The notes under the pieces: generated by a model
What the model was told of the DNA's origin: nothing
Database searches by the model: none
The model's input: only the letters and a program-made list of their open reading frames with translations
Origin: Scenedesmus sp. PABB004
Taxonomy: Eukaryota
DNA: 64,000 nucleotides
Reading direction: 5' to 3'
NCBI GenBank assembly: GCA_014905635.1
Contig: CM026547.1
Coordinates: forward strand, 2,790,001 to 2,854,000
Shown: positions 1-11,353 of the stretch, in pieces
Numbering within the stretch: position 1 is the first letter of the stretch
Layout of the letters: each line of letters opens with the position of its first letter
Translations under genes and position numbers: made by a program

Positions 1-1125
1 GGTGCGGCTGCAGGTGCTCGACCTCAGCCACAACCAGTACCGCCACCTGCCGACCATGACCGGCGACCTCACGCAGCTCCAGGCGCGACCCCGCCTGCCC
101 GCCCGCGCGCGCCGCGGCGCCGACACAGCCGCCGCCGGCGCCGACGCTGCCGCCGCCGACGCTGACGCGCCGCCGCCGCGCTGGGGCTTGTGCCGCGCCG
201 CCGCGCAGGCGCTGCTGCTGGAGGACAACCAGCTGGAGGACCTGCCCAGCAGCTGCAGCGCGCTGCTCAAGCTCACGGCGCTCACGCTGAGCAGCAACCG
301 CCTGCACGTGCTGCCGCCCGCCATCGCGCGCATGAGCGGCCTGGCCAGCCTCAGCCTCGCGGACAACCCGCTGCTCGGCCGCGACGCGGTGGTGCTGCAG
401 CTGCAGCGCCAGCTCCCCGGCCTCGCGGTGGACCACCTGCCGTCGCTGCCCGCGGGCGGCGCGCAGCTGCCGCTCGAGGCGATGCAGCAGCATCTGCTCA
501 GCGGCTGGGGCGCCGCGGCGGGCGGCGGCTCGCCCCTGCCGGCGGCGGCGCCCGCGGCGGACGGCGGCGGCGCGGTGGGCGGCGCGGCCGCCGCGCCGGG
601 CTGGCTGCTGCAGCCGGGCGCGTTGCCGCGCAGCCTGGCGCAGCTGGTGCAGCAGGCCATCGACGCGGCGCAGGAGCAGCCGCAGCACACGCGGCAGCTC
701 ATCAAGCTCGTGCTGGGCGAGCGCTTTGGGGCCGACAGCGGCAGCGACGGAGCGGCGGCGGGCCGCGAGGGTGCCGCCGCCGCGCCGGCGAGCGGCGGCG
801 CAGGCTCGAGCGCAGCCGCTGCGGCGGCCGCCGCCAGCGCGCCGCTCAACCCCGGCACGTGGCCCGGCCACCCGGCGGGCGAGCCGCTCCCCTGGCAGCG
901 CATGCTGGCGGCGCAGCCGCCCGCCAGCCACCCCATGCTGCACCTAGGGGACGCCTCGGCCGGCTCGAGCGAGGGCGGCGCCGGGCTGAGCGACGCAGCG
1001 AGCGCGGCGGCCTGCGCCGCGCAGCTGCACCTCGCGGCGTCGCTGCAGCAGGCCCAGGCGGCGGCAGCCTCGGTCTTCCAGGCCCACCAGGAGCTCCAGG
1101 CCGCCGCGGGCACGCGCTTCAGCGA

Positions 1126-1157
<32 letters not shown>

Positions 1158-1970
1158 CCGGCGACGGCGGCCGCGACAGCAGCCCGCTCGGCGACGGCGC
1201 GCCCGGCGGGCACGGTCTGCGGCACCTGCTGTCGCCCGCGCGCAGCGCGCCGGCGCCCGGGAGTGCGTCGTCGAGCAGCGGCGGAGGCGGCGGGTGCGGG
1301 CGGGTCAAGTCGTACCTTGAGGTCGCCACGTCGCCCGCCACCACGGCGCGCAGCAGCGCGGCGGGGACGAGCAGCGGCGGCGCGAGCGCGAGCGCGGCGA
1401 GCCGCGGCCTGACGCGCGCGTCGTCGCTCGACCCCGGCGGCCTCGCCGGCGCGGCCTGCTTCCAGGCGGGCGCGCTCGCGCAGCAGCGGCAGCCGGGCCT
1501 GCACCGCTGCCACAGCGCAGCGCCGCAGCTCGCGTGCGCGCTGTCCGGCGGCCTGCTCGCGCCCGTGGGCTCGTTCGGCGGCTGCAGCAGCGTGAGCGCT
1601 GCGGCCGGCGGCCGCGGCGCCGGCGCGCCCGGCAGCAGCGGCGGCGGCGGGGGGCGGCAGCAGCGGTGGCGGCGCGGGCAGCGCGGGCAGCGCGGGCGGC
1701 GCGCCCTCCGCGGCGGGCGACATGGACGACGTCTCGAGCGCCGCGGGCGTGGAGAGCTGCGGCTCGGAAGACAGCGGCTCGGACGTGCTCGTGCACCTCG
1801 CGTGCGCGGAGCAGGCGCCGGCCGACGGCCAGCGCGGGCAGCCGTCGCCGTCGGCGCAGGCGCCCGCGCCGCCTGCGCCGCCTCCGGCGCAGCCGCCGGC
1901 GCGGCAGGGCGAGCGCAGCTTCACGCAGCACATGCTGGAGGGCGCGTGGTGGGGCCGGCGGCGGGGGTGA
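1..1970 (+). CDS. Leucine-rich repeat protein (5'-partial) with long low-complexity C-terminus; apparent +1 frameshift near 1650
   Basis: LRR motifs LQVLDLSHNQY, LLLEDNQLEDLP, LTLSSNRLHVLP, LSLADNPL. Candidate GC-AG intron 83-208 joins QLQ|ALLLEDNQL. The coding-like frame switches at the G-run 1649-1654 and ends at TGA 1968-1970. Confidence 0.75.
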
Positions 1971-2248
1971 CGCGCGGGGGGCGCACTGTCATTGGCGGCG
2001 GCTGATCGCACCGCGCGCTGCGCAGATCTATCGATCGGTCACTCAATCGGGGGGGGGGGGGGGGTGTCGGGCGCACGACCAGGGTGTGCGCCAGCTGGCT
2101 GCAGCACACGGCGGTCGGCTGTTGATGCGGCGCGCGCACGTGCGGTTCACGGTAACGCCACGCCGCGCACGCTCGCTCCGGCCAGCCCCCGCTCGCTCGC
2201 TCGCTCGCTCGCTCGCAGCCCCCCCCCCCCTCCCAATCCCGTCGCGCG

Positions 2249-2982
2249 TCACTCGCCGCCCACCAGGCTCGGCGCGGCGGCGCCGCCGGCGGTGGCCTCT
2301 GGCGTCGCGATGATGATGGACGGCTGCGCGTCGGGCCCGGTCGGCGGCTTGATGTACGTCGTCGCGTCCTCGTTGTACGTCTTGGCCGCGATGCCGCCGC
2401 ACACCAGGCCCAGCACGACGAGCCCCGGCAGGAAGTACGACTCGAGCGCCTGCGCGTGTGAAAAGGTGTGGGCGTGCGGCGGAGCGCGCGCGTTGGACGA
2501 AAAAGCGCGGCGCCGGCGGCGCGCGCGCGCGCCGGCCCGCCGGCCGGCGCGCGGCGCGCCCGCCTGGGGGCCCGGCCGCGCGGTGGGCGCTGCGCCGGGG
2601 GCGCTGCGCCGGGGGCCCGGCCGGCCGGCGCGCCCCGGGGCGACCCCCCAGCAAAAGCGTGCACCTTGCCGAATGCCTCGAAGCGCTCGCCCTCCCAAAA
2701 GTCGGGCGCGTCCTCGGGGCCCCGGAACGGCGCGTTGGTCTCGACGACCTTGCTGCCGAGCGCGCGGAACTCGCGGGTCACGGCCTGCTCCGGCGCGGCG
2801 GGCGCGCTGGTCGACGCCTCGGCCCCCGGCGCGGGCGCGGGCGCGGCGGCGCTGCTGCCGGGCTGCGCCGCCTGCTGCGCCGCCTGCTGCTGCTTCCTCG
2901 CGCCCGCGGCGACGCTCCTCCGCCGCGTCGGAGCCGCGGCAGCGCGCGCGCTGCCCGCGCCGGCTCGCAGCGCGAGGGCCAT
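2249..2982 (-). CDS. Conserved-type plastid-targeted single-pass membrane protein of unknown function
   Basis: ATG 2982, Ala/Arg-rich transit-peptide-like N-terminus, PDFWEG motif. GT-AG intron 2450-2664, then a hydrophobic helix FLPGLVVLGLVCGGIAA followed by TYNEDAT. Stop at 2249. Confidence 0.7.
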
Positions 2983-3266
2983 CTGCTGCTGCCGCTGCTG
3001 CTGCTGCCGGCGTGGCGCAGGCGATCTGCTCGCGCGCGCGGCGGGACGGGCGGCGCGGCGATGGGTGTGGCCTGGAACAACTGGGGCCGCGGGCTGCTCG
3101 CTCAGGACCACCCCGCGGGGCCCGGAGCTGCTGCGCCCTGGACGGGAGACAGAGGCGAGTGGGGCGCCCCGCAGTCGCGCCCGCCTTCATAATCCCACCG
3201 CACACCGGCGCGCACGCACGGCGCCGGCGCCGCCGCCACCACACCGCGCTGCTCTCGCCGGCGCGC

Positions 3267-5282
3267 ATGGCCATGTGCGTGCGCGGCCGCGGCCGGCCGC
3301 GTCCGCTGCAAGTCGCCCCACCCAGCAGCCCCCGACCTCACCTCGCCACGCCGCCGCGCGCCGCCGCAGGCACGCGGGGGCGCGGCGCGCCGGCGCGCAG
3401 CAGCAGCCCGCCCGCGCCGCGGCGAGGTCGGGCGGCGGTCGCGGCGCCGCGCCGCGCGGGCCGCGGCCGGCCGCGCCGCGGCCGGCCGGCGTGGCAGCCC
3501 GCGCCGCGGCAGCGAGCGAGGCGAGCACGGCGCCCGCGGCGGCTGCCGACCAGCCGGGCTGGCCGAGCGAGGCGTGCCGGCGCTCGCTCTTTGGCACCGC
3601 GGCCGAGCAGGCGGCCGAGGTGGAGGCAGAGGTCAGCGGCACGCTGCCGGCCTGGCTGTGCGGCTCGCTGCTCGTCAACGGCGGCGGCGACTACAGCCGC
3701 ATGGACCACATGTTTGATGGCTACGCGCTGCTCTCAAAGGCGCGCGCGCGCGGGCTCGTGCGCCGCGCCAGCGCCGCCGGGCGGCCAGCCCCTGGGCCAG
3801 GCGGCAGCGCGCGCGTGCCGACGGCTGCCCCGCGCGCCGCAGGTGCGCGTGCGCGGCGGGCGCGCGTGGGGCAGCCAGCGGTACGTGGACACGCAGGCGT
3901 ACCGCGCCTACAAGGACCAGGGTGAGCGGGGCCCACGCCGCGGACTACAAGCGCGCGCGCCGGCGCGCGCGCGCCCGCCCGCCCGCCCGCCGGCGCCCGC
4001 ACGAGCCCGGCCGCGCCGCCGCCGCGCGCCGGCGCAGGGCGCGTGGTGTTCCGCGAGTTTGCGACGCGCGCCGAGACGGCCGGCCCGCTCGGCGCGCTGC
4101 GCGAGCTCGCGGCGCAGCTGTGGGGCCTCGCGCGCGGGTCGCCGACCTTCACCGACAACGCGAGCGTGAGCCTGCAGGCGATGGGCCCGCCGGGGCTTCT
4201 GCTGGCAATGAGCGAGACGCCGGCCGCCGCGTACCTGGTCAACCCGGTGGACCTGAGCACCGTGCGCCAGGTGCGGCGCCCGCGGCGGCCTCGGTTGCCC
4301 TCCCCCCCCCTCCTGCTGCGGCGCCGACGCGCGCGGCGTCCCCCGCGCAGGTGTCGTTCAGCGACGGCATGCCGGGCGACCTCACCACCGCGCACCCGAG
4401 CGTGCTGCGCGATGGCCGCGTCGTCAACTTCACGCGCAGCCTGCCCATGGGCGGCTTCCACATCTACACGCAGGACCCGACCACCCTCACGCGCACCCAG
4501 GCGCGCCGCGCCGCCGCGGGGGCCGCCGCCGGGGGCCGCCGCCGGGGCCCGGCCCGCTGGCGCCACGCGGCGCGCTCACGGCGCGCGCGGCGCGCTGACG
4601 GCGCGCTAACGGCGCGCGCACGCGGCGGTGCGGCGCGCGCAGGTTGGGTTTGTGCCCGACCGCCGCCCGCTGAGCCCCGCGTGGGTGCACGACTTTGCGT
4701 GCACGGAGCGCCACGCGGTGGTGCTCGAGCAGCCCCTCTACATGAGCCTGCCCTCCCTGCTGCTCGGCAGCCCCGCGTCGCACCTCTTCATGGACTGGGA
4801 CCCCCGGGACGACGTGCTGGTGCACGTGGTGCCGCTCGACGGCACCGGGGTGCGCGCGCGGGACGGTCCGGTGGGGCGCGCCCGCGCGCCGCGCCAACCG
4901 CCCGCTGACCGCGGCCCGCCGCCGCCCGCTGCCTGCCGACGGGCGGCGCGTCGCGGCGCGCAGGCGGTGCGCAGCTTTTCGTGCCCCGCGTTTTTCTTCT
5001 TCCACGTCGGCAACGCGTTTGAGACGCACGACGGCGCCGCGCTGGTGGTCGACCTGGCCGCGTACGACGACCCCCAGATCCTGCTGGACCTCGGCCTCGA
5101 CCCCCTGCGCCACCCGCGCCCCGCGCCCGGGGGCGGCCTGCAGCGCGAGGTCGCGGCGAGCGAGTACCGCCGGCTCACCATCCCCCTCACCGGCGACGCG
5201 GGCGCGCGGCTGCAGGCGCGCGCGCGCCGCGGGGCGCGGCTGGCGCGCGGCCCCTCGCCGCACGCCGCCGACGCGCGCGCGT

Positions 5283-5362
<80 letters not shown>

Positions 5363-5815
5363 GCGCGCGCGCGCGCGCAGGCGCCGGAGCCGCTGCTGCC
5401 GCGCGCGGGCGGGCAGGGCGGCGGGGGCGGCGGGTTCTGCGAGTTCCCCGCCGTGCCGGCCGCGGCGCGGGGGCGGCCCTACCGCTACGCGTACGCCCTC
5501 GGCGCGGCGCGGCCGACCAACATGGGCAACGCGCTGACCAAGCTCGACCTCGAGGCGCGCAGCGCGGCGGCGTGGCACGAGCCCGGAGCGGCGGTGGGCG
5601 AGCCCGTGTTTGTGCCACGCCCCGGCGGCGCCGCGGAGGACGACGGCGCCGTGCTCGCGCCGGGCGTCGGCCGCGACGGCCGCGCGTTCCTGGTCGTGCT
5701 CGACGCGCGCACGTGGGCCGAACTCGCGCGCGTGACGCTGCCGTTTGGGACGCCAAACCGCTTCCACGGGATCTGGCTCGACGGCGGCGGCGACGGCGGC
5801 GGCGATAGCGCGTGA
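3267..5815 (+). CDS. CCD8: Carotenoid cleavage dioxygenase (RPE65 family), CCD8-like, multi-exon
   Basis: Motifs GTLPAWLCGSLLVNG, HMFDGY, FTDNA, GEPVFVPRPG..EDDG. All four Fe-binding His are present (TTAHP, WVHDF, FFHVGNA, RFHGIW). The start codon is inferred. Confidence 0.85.
5283..5361. repeat. (GCC)n microsatellite in a CCD intron
   Basis: About 26 tandem GCC units ending shortly before the acceptor AG at 5379-5380. Confidence 0.95.
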
Positions 5816-6054
5816 GGGCACCGGTCCCATGCTGTGCGTATGTGAGGGAACAGGTGCCGCGCTGTGCTGGTTGCCTCGCGCCACCCCGACCGCGCGCGGC
5901 GCGCGCCTCGGGCCCAGACCTGAACCGCCGCCGCAGCCGCGCTGGCGTGCCCCCACCCCTGCCACGCAGCCACAGTTCCGGTCGCCGGTGGCAGGGCGTC
6001 AGCAGCAGGCCGTGGGGCAGCGGGCCCCCTGCGGCAGCACGCGCCGCACGCAGC

Positions 6055-6863
6055 ATGGCCCAGCACGGTGAAGGGGGCTCCCCCCGGCCGACGGCCGCGC
6101 CTGTGACACGCGGACCGGCCACGCCGGCGGCCCAGGTGGTGCTGGCGCCCGTGGGCCCGCCCCGGGCAGCAGCGGCAGCAGAGGCAGCAGCGGCAGAGGC
6201 TGCCCCGCGCTCGCCGCGCGTGGGCGCCAAGCGGCCCGCCGCGTGCGAGCCCGACGACGAGCTCTATCGCGCGCCCGAGCAGGAAAGTGGCGCGGCCTGC
6301 AGCGGCGGCGGCGACGGTGCAGCGGCAGCAGCAGCGGCGGCGCCCGACGCGGCCCCGCCGCCGGCACCGGTGGCGGGCGGCCGCGCCGGCCCCGCCGCGC
6401 CCTGCACGCCCGTCAAGGCGCCCGAGCAGGCGGGGCCCCGGGGCGAGCAGGCGGGGGCCCGCAGCAGCCGCAAGCGGCGGCGCCGCACGCCCGCACGCGC
6501 GGCCTTGAGCAGCAGCCAGCTGTTCACGCCGGTCCTGCTCGACCTGCGCCTGGAGCTGATGAGCCAGGACAGCGATCACGAGGACGGCGGCGAAGCCGCT
6601 GCCGCGCTGCAGCAGCAGACGCAGCACGCGCAGCAGACGCAGCACGCGCAGCACGCGCAGCAGGCGCAGCAGGCGCAGCAGGCGCAGCAGGCGCAGGCAG
6701 TGCTGGAGCTGGCGCGGGAGGCGCCACCGGAGCTGGCGCAGCCACCGCCGGAGCTGGCGTGGCAGGGGCCAGAGCTGGAGGAGGCCCGCGCGCTGCAGCA
6801 GCGGGTGCAGCCAGCGCCGCCGCCGCCGCAGCCGCAGCAGCAGCAGCAGCAGCAGCAGCAGCT

Positions 6864-6905
<42 letters not shown>

Positions 6906-9900
6906 GGTGTCGGCGAGCCAGGCAGGCACGAGCCGCGCGACGCACGAGACGCCCGGCGGCGCGCCCAGCAGGGCCCATGTTGCGCCGCCGGCGGCGCAGG
7001 CCGGGTGCGCGCCCACCCCCGCCCCCGCCCCCGGCCCCGCCCCCGCCCCCGGCGCCGGCGGCGGGGGCGGCGGCGCCGTGGTGTATGTGCACGACTCGGT
7101 GCCCTACCTGCGGCGCCGCCTGCCGCTCGCGGCCGCGCGCCTGGGGCCGTACGGCGCGCACGTGCGCGGCGGCGCCGCGCCGGGCAGCGCCGCGGGCCTC
7201 GCGGGCGTGAGCCACCTCGTGGTGCACCCGGGCGGCGGCGGCGGCGTGGAGCGGCTGCTGCAGCTCGCGGAGGCGGTGCGGGCGGAGCAGCAGCGGTCGG
7301 GCGCGCCGGCGCTGGTGGTGGTGACGGACGCGTGGCTCGACGCGTCGCTGGCGGCGGCGGCGCTCGTGCCGCCGGCGCCGCTCGACGTGCTCCTGCCGCG
7401 CGCGCCGCCGCCGCCGCCGCCGCCGCGCGCCGCGCCCAAGTTTGGCCGGGGCCCGGCGCGGCACGCGCGGATGGGCAGGTTTGCCGAGTGGCTCGGCTTC
7501 TGGCGGCAGGAGCTGGATGATGTGAGTTCGCAAACGGAGCTGATGCTGCACGCCAACTTTGACCCCGCGCGCGCACACCCCGCCAACGAGACGGTGCGGC
7601 GGGGGCTCAAGGAGCTCGAGGCGTTTGAGCGCGCCATCGCGGTGCGCGGCGGGCGAGCCGAGAAGGGCTGGGACCACCTCGTCGTGCCCGGAGGTGAGGG
7701 CGGGGGCCGAGAAAGGCTTGCGCACGGCGCAGCGTGCGGGGCGCCGCGGTGCCGCGCCGGGGAGCGGGGGCGCTGCTCCACGCGCGCGCCGCGCCGCGCC
7801 GCCCGCCTGCCGCGCCAGCGCCGCCGCCCGTGGCACACGAGGCGCTCGTCTACGCCCATGCCGCCGCGTCGCTGCGGGCCTGCTCCTTCCCGCTGAGCGC
7901 TGCGCTCGGCGTGGACCGTATCAAGAGCCTGTTGCCGTGGTGCGGCGGCAACTTCATCCCGCTCCTGGTGCACGAGATGCTCGTTGGCGGTGGGCCGCGC
8001 CACCGCCGCCGCGCCGCCGCCGCCGCACCGCCGCTGCCGCGGCTGAGACCGCTCCGCGCGCTGCGCAGGCACGTGCGAGCAGCTGGAGGGCTACCGGTCC
8101 AACAAGGCTGTGTGCAACTCGCTGGGCCTGGAGCGCCCCGCCACGCGCGGCGGCGCCGTGCGCGCCGCGTTCTGCCGCCTGCCTGGCGTGGGCCCGTCCC
8201 TCGCGGAGCGCTGGTGGCAGGCGGGCCTCACGACCTACGACGAGGTGCGGGCGTGAGCGGCGTGAGCGGCGCGGGGGTTGCGCAGCCCCTTGAACCGCTC
8301 ACGCCCGCACCGCGCGCCGCGCGCCGCGCGCCGCAGGTGCTCGCGGCGGCGGCGCCGCCCGCCGGCGCCGGCGGCACGGCCGCGGGCGCCGGCGGGGCGC
8401 CGGGCGGGGTGAGGCTGAGCGCGGCGGTGCGGTGCAGCCTCGCCCACGCCGCCGACCTGCTGGAGGGGGCCAGCGCGGACGAGGCGGCGGAGATGGCCGC
8501 CTGCGTGCGCGCCGCGCTCGCCGCCGTGAGCGGCGTGGGCGACGGCTGGCGCATCGAGCCGGTCGGCGGCCGCCGCCGCGGCGCGGCGCGGCACGACGCC
8601 GACTTCCTGGTCGGGCACGAAGCGGCGCCGGCGCTCATGCACCGCCTGGTGCCGCGCGTATACGCGCACCTGGTCGCAGGTGGGCGCGCCGGCCGGCGGC
8701 GCGCCGCGCGGCGGCGCGGGCCGGCGCCGCGCTCAGCGCTCGGCGAGCGCAGCGCGCCCTGCGCGCCCGCCGCGCGCCGCGCGCCTGAGGCCGCGCCGCC
8801 GCGCCGCCGCGGGCCGGCAGCGGGGCGGCTCGTGCGCCAGGGCGTGGGGCTGTGCCACCTCGTGTCGGGGCGGCTGCAGGGCTACGAGCTTGGGCGGCGG
8901 CGGGAGCTGGTCGGGTCGACCTACTCGCGCAACCGCCCCTACATGGACTGCTTTGACCACATCTATGTGCGCCGCCGGCCGCGCCGCCGGCCGCGCCGCG
9001 GCGGGGCTGGCCGCGCCGCGGCGACGCCGGCCGCCGCCGCCGCGCCCGCGCAGGGCATCTACATCACGCGCGCGGGGCGGCGCCGCCGCATCGACCTGGT
9101 CTTTGTGCCGCCGACGGGGAGCAGCTGGCCCATGGCGCTGATGGGTGGTCAGGGTCAAGCCACTACCTCAGGTGCGTCGCAGCCGCGCCGCCGCCGCTTT
9201 GCCGTGAAGCCCGCCCGCCGCCCCGCCGGTCAGCGCTCCACGCCCGCCCGCCGCCCGCTGCCCTCCGTCCTCTGTCGGCCAGGTTCATGCGCGACCACGC
9301 GGTCAAGTGCGGCATGCACCTCAACAACCACCTGCTCCTGCGCGTGGTGCCCCTCGCGCGGCGCAGCGGCGGCGACGGCGACGGCGGCGCCGCCGCCGCG
9401 CCGCCCGGCGGCGGCGCGGACGGCGGCGGCGCGCTGGCGGGCGGCGGCGACGAGGGCGGCGGCGACAAGGACGGCGGCGGCGGCGACGAGGCCGGCAGCA
9501 GCGAGGAGGAGGAGGCCGAGCCCGCGCTGGTGCCCGAGCCCGAGCTCGGGCCGGTGCCTGCGGACGCGGGCGGCGCCGCCGTGCACGCGGCGCGCGTGGC
9601 TCTGGTCGTGGGCGGCGTCCCCAGCGCGTCGCAGGTCGCCGCGTACGTCGACGGCGCCGAGGCGTCGGGCTGCAGCCACGTCGCGCTGTCTGTGCCCGAG
9701 GAGGCGCCGCCGACCGACCGGCGCGGCGCCGAGGCGTGGCCGCCGGGCTGGGGCCCCGCGCCGCCGGGCGCGGGCGGCGTCGTGGCCGCGCTGCGGGGCA
9801 GGGTCGCTGCGGGCGCGGGCGCGGGGCGGCGCATCGTGCTCGAGCGCGACCTGTGGGACCTGCTGGGCATCCCGTACCGCGAGCCGCGCGAGCGCGAGAG

Positions 9901-9988
9901 GCGGGGCGTCGCGTGGGCCGAGTTGTCGGGTTGCAACCCCGCGCCCGCAGCCACGCCCGCACACACACGAGCCGAGCTGAAAGGTTGA
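6055..9988 (+). CDS. X-family DNA polymerase with BRCT domain, Pol mu/TdT-like; 1-nt frameshift at ~9144
   Basis: BRCT-like segment (SHLVV..VVTDAWLDASL), 8-kDa domain (HPANE..YAHAAASLR), HhH LPGVGPSLAERWWQAGLTTYDEV, catalytic GGRRRG..HDADFL (Asp 8595, 8601) and RRIDLV (Asp 9093), C-terminal ERDLWDLLGIPYREPRER. Introns start at 7694, 7990, 8245, 8680, 8967 and 9172. Confidence 0.9.
6835..6903. repeat. (CAG)n tract encoding polyQ in the PolX N-terminus
   Basis: Tandem CAG with one CTG interruption, in frame. Confidence 0.9.
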
Positions 9989-10821
9989 CTGGTGATACAC
10001 ACGCGGCCGCGCACGAGCGCGGCACGAGTGCAGGCGGCAAGTCCCTGCCCAGGCGCCACGACAGACGCGCCGCCGCCCGCGCGTGCCTCCCCTTTCGGGC
10101 GTCAAGAGTTTGGGGGATCACATCACATTTCCACGACATTTTCACGCCGCTGTCCGCGCCGGCCGGCTGGCGCCACCGCGCCACAGCAAGCAGAGCAGCG
10201 TTTGACACACAGCAGCCTCCTGCCCAAACACCCAACGCATCTTTAGCAGCGCCAAAAGGAATCGCACCACAGCCCCTGTGCTGCGCTTGGCGGCGGCTGC
10301 GCAAACGCCGCGCGCCGGCGCCCTGCCCGCCGTCGCGGGGAGCAATGCACGGCGCAGCAAGCGGGCGCGCGCTCGAGCTCCGAGCCCAAACTCCCCCCTG
10401 CGTGGACGTGCGGCCTGTGGCCGCCAGCAACGATCAGATGCCGACACGGCGCGCGCGCCGCCGAGCCCAGCGGGCCTTGGCTGTTGTCGGTGGCGCGCCG
10501 GGCGCGAGAGCGCCGCGTCGCTAGGGCTAGGGGGCGCCGCAGCGGCTCCCCGCAAAAGATATGCGGCTAGGCCGAAGCATGCATGCGCGTCGCCCAGAGC
10601 GCCACCCACCACAGGGCCTGTGGGGGTTATTCCGTCCCCCCACCTCCCCCCAGCAAACGGGCAGCGCCGGTGGCAGTCAACACCTACCATCGCCGCGCAC
10701 ACAGGCCAGGAGGCCGCGCAGCGCGGCGCGGCCGCCCAACCAATGTTCAGGCCGCCGTCGGCGCGCAGCCGTGCGGCGAACAATCCGCGGGGCCGCCGCA
10801 GACTGTGCAATCAATCCCCCC

Positions 10822-11321
10822 CTACAGCCCAGGGCCGGCGGCCATGGCGGACGACGATGAAACGTGCACCATCTGCATCAGGCCGTTCAGCTGCTCCAGC
10901 GACGCCGCGCCGTCCGGCGCGCCGCCGGCCGCGGGATGGTCGGGCGCGCCGCAGAGCCAGGGCGCGCCGTCCTGGCCGCGGTGGCCGGTGGCGCTGGCGC
11001 TGCGCTGCGGCTGCTTGCTCAGGATGGAGGCCGACCACTGGATCGTGCCGCCGCTGCCGCTGGCGGTGCGCGCCACGGGCGGCGCCGGGCTCGGCGCGAG
11101 GCGCGTGGGGCTGAGCAAGCTGCCGCGCGCGTACGCGCCGCTGCCGCCGCCGCCGCCGCCAGATATCGTCGCCGTGAGCGGGCCCGCTTCGGGCGGTGTG
11201 AAGGAGCTGCTGCTGCCGTACGAGCCCGGCGTGGCTGCGTCCAGCTGGGCCGACGCCCACAGCGCCTGCCCGTGCGGCGCCGACGTCGGGAGCGGCTGCG
11301 ACGCGAGCAGGCTGCTGTGCC

Positions 11322-11353
<32 letters not shown>

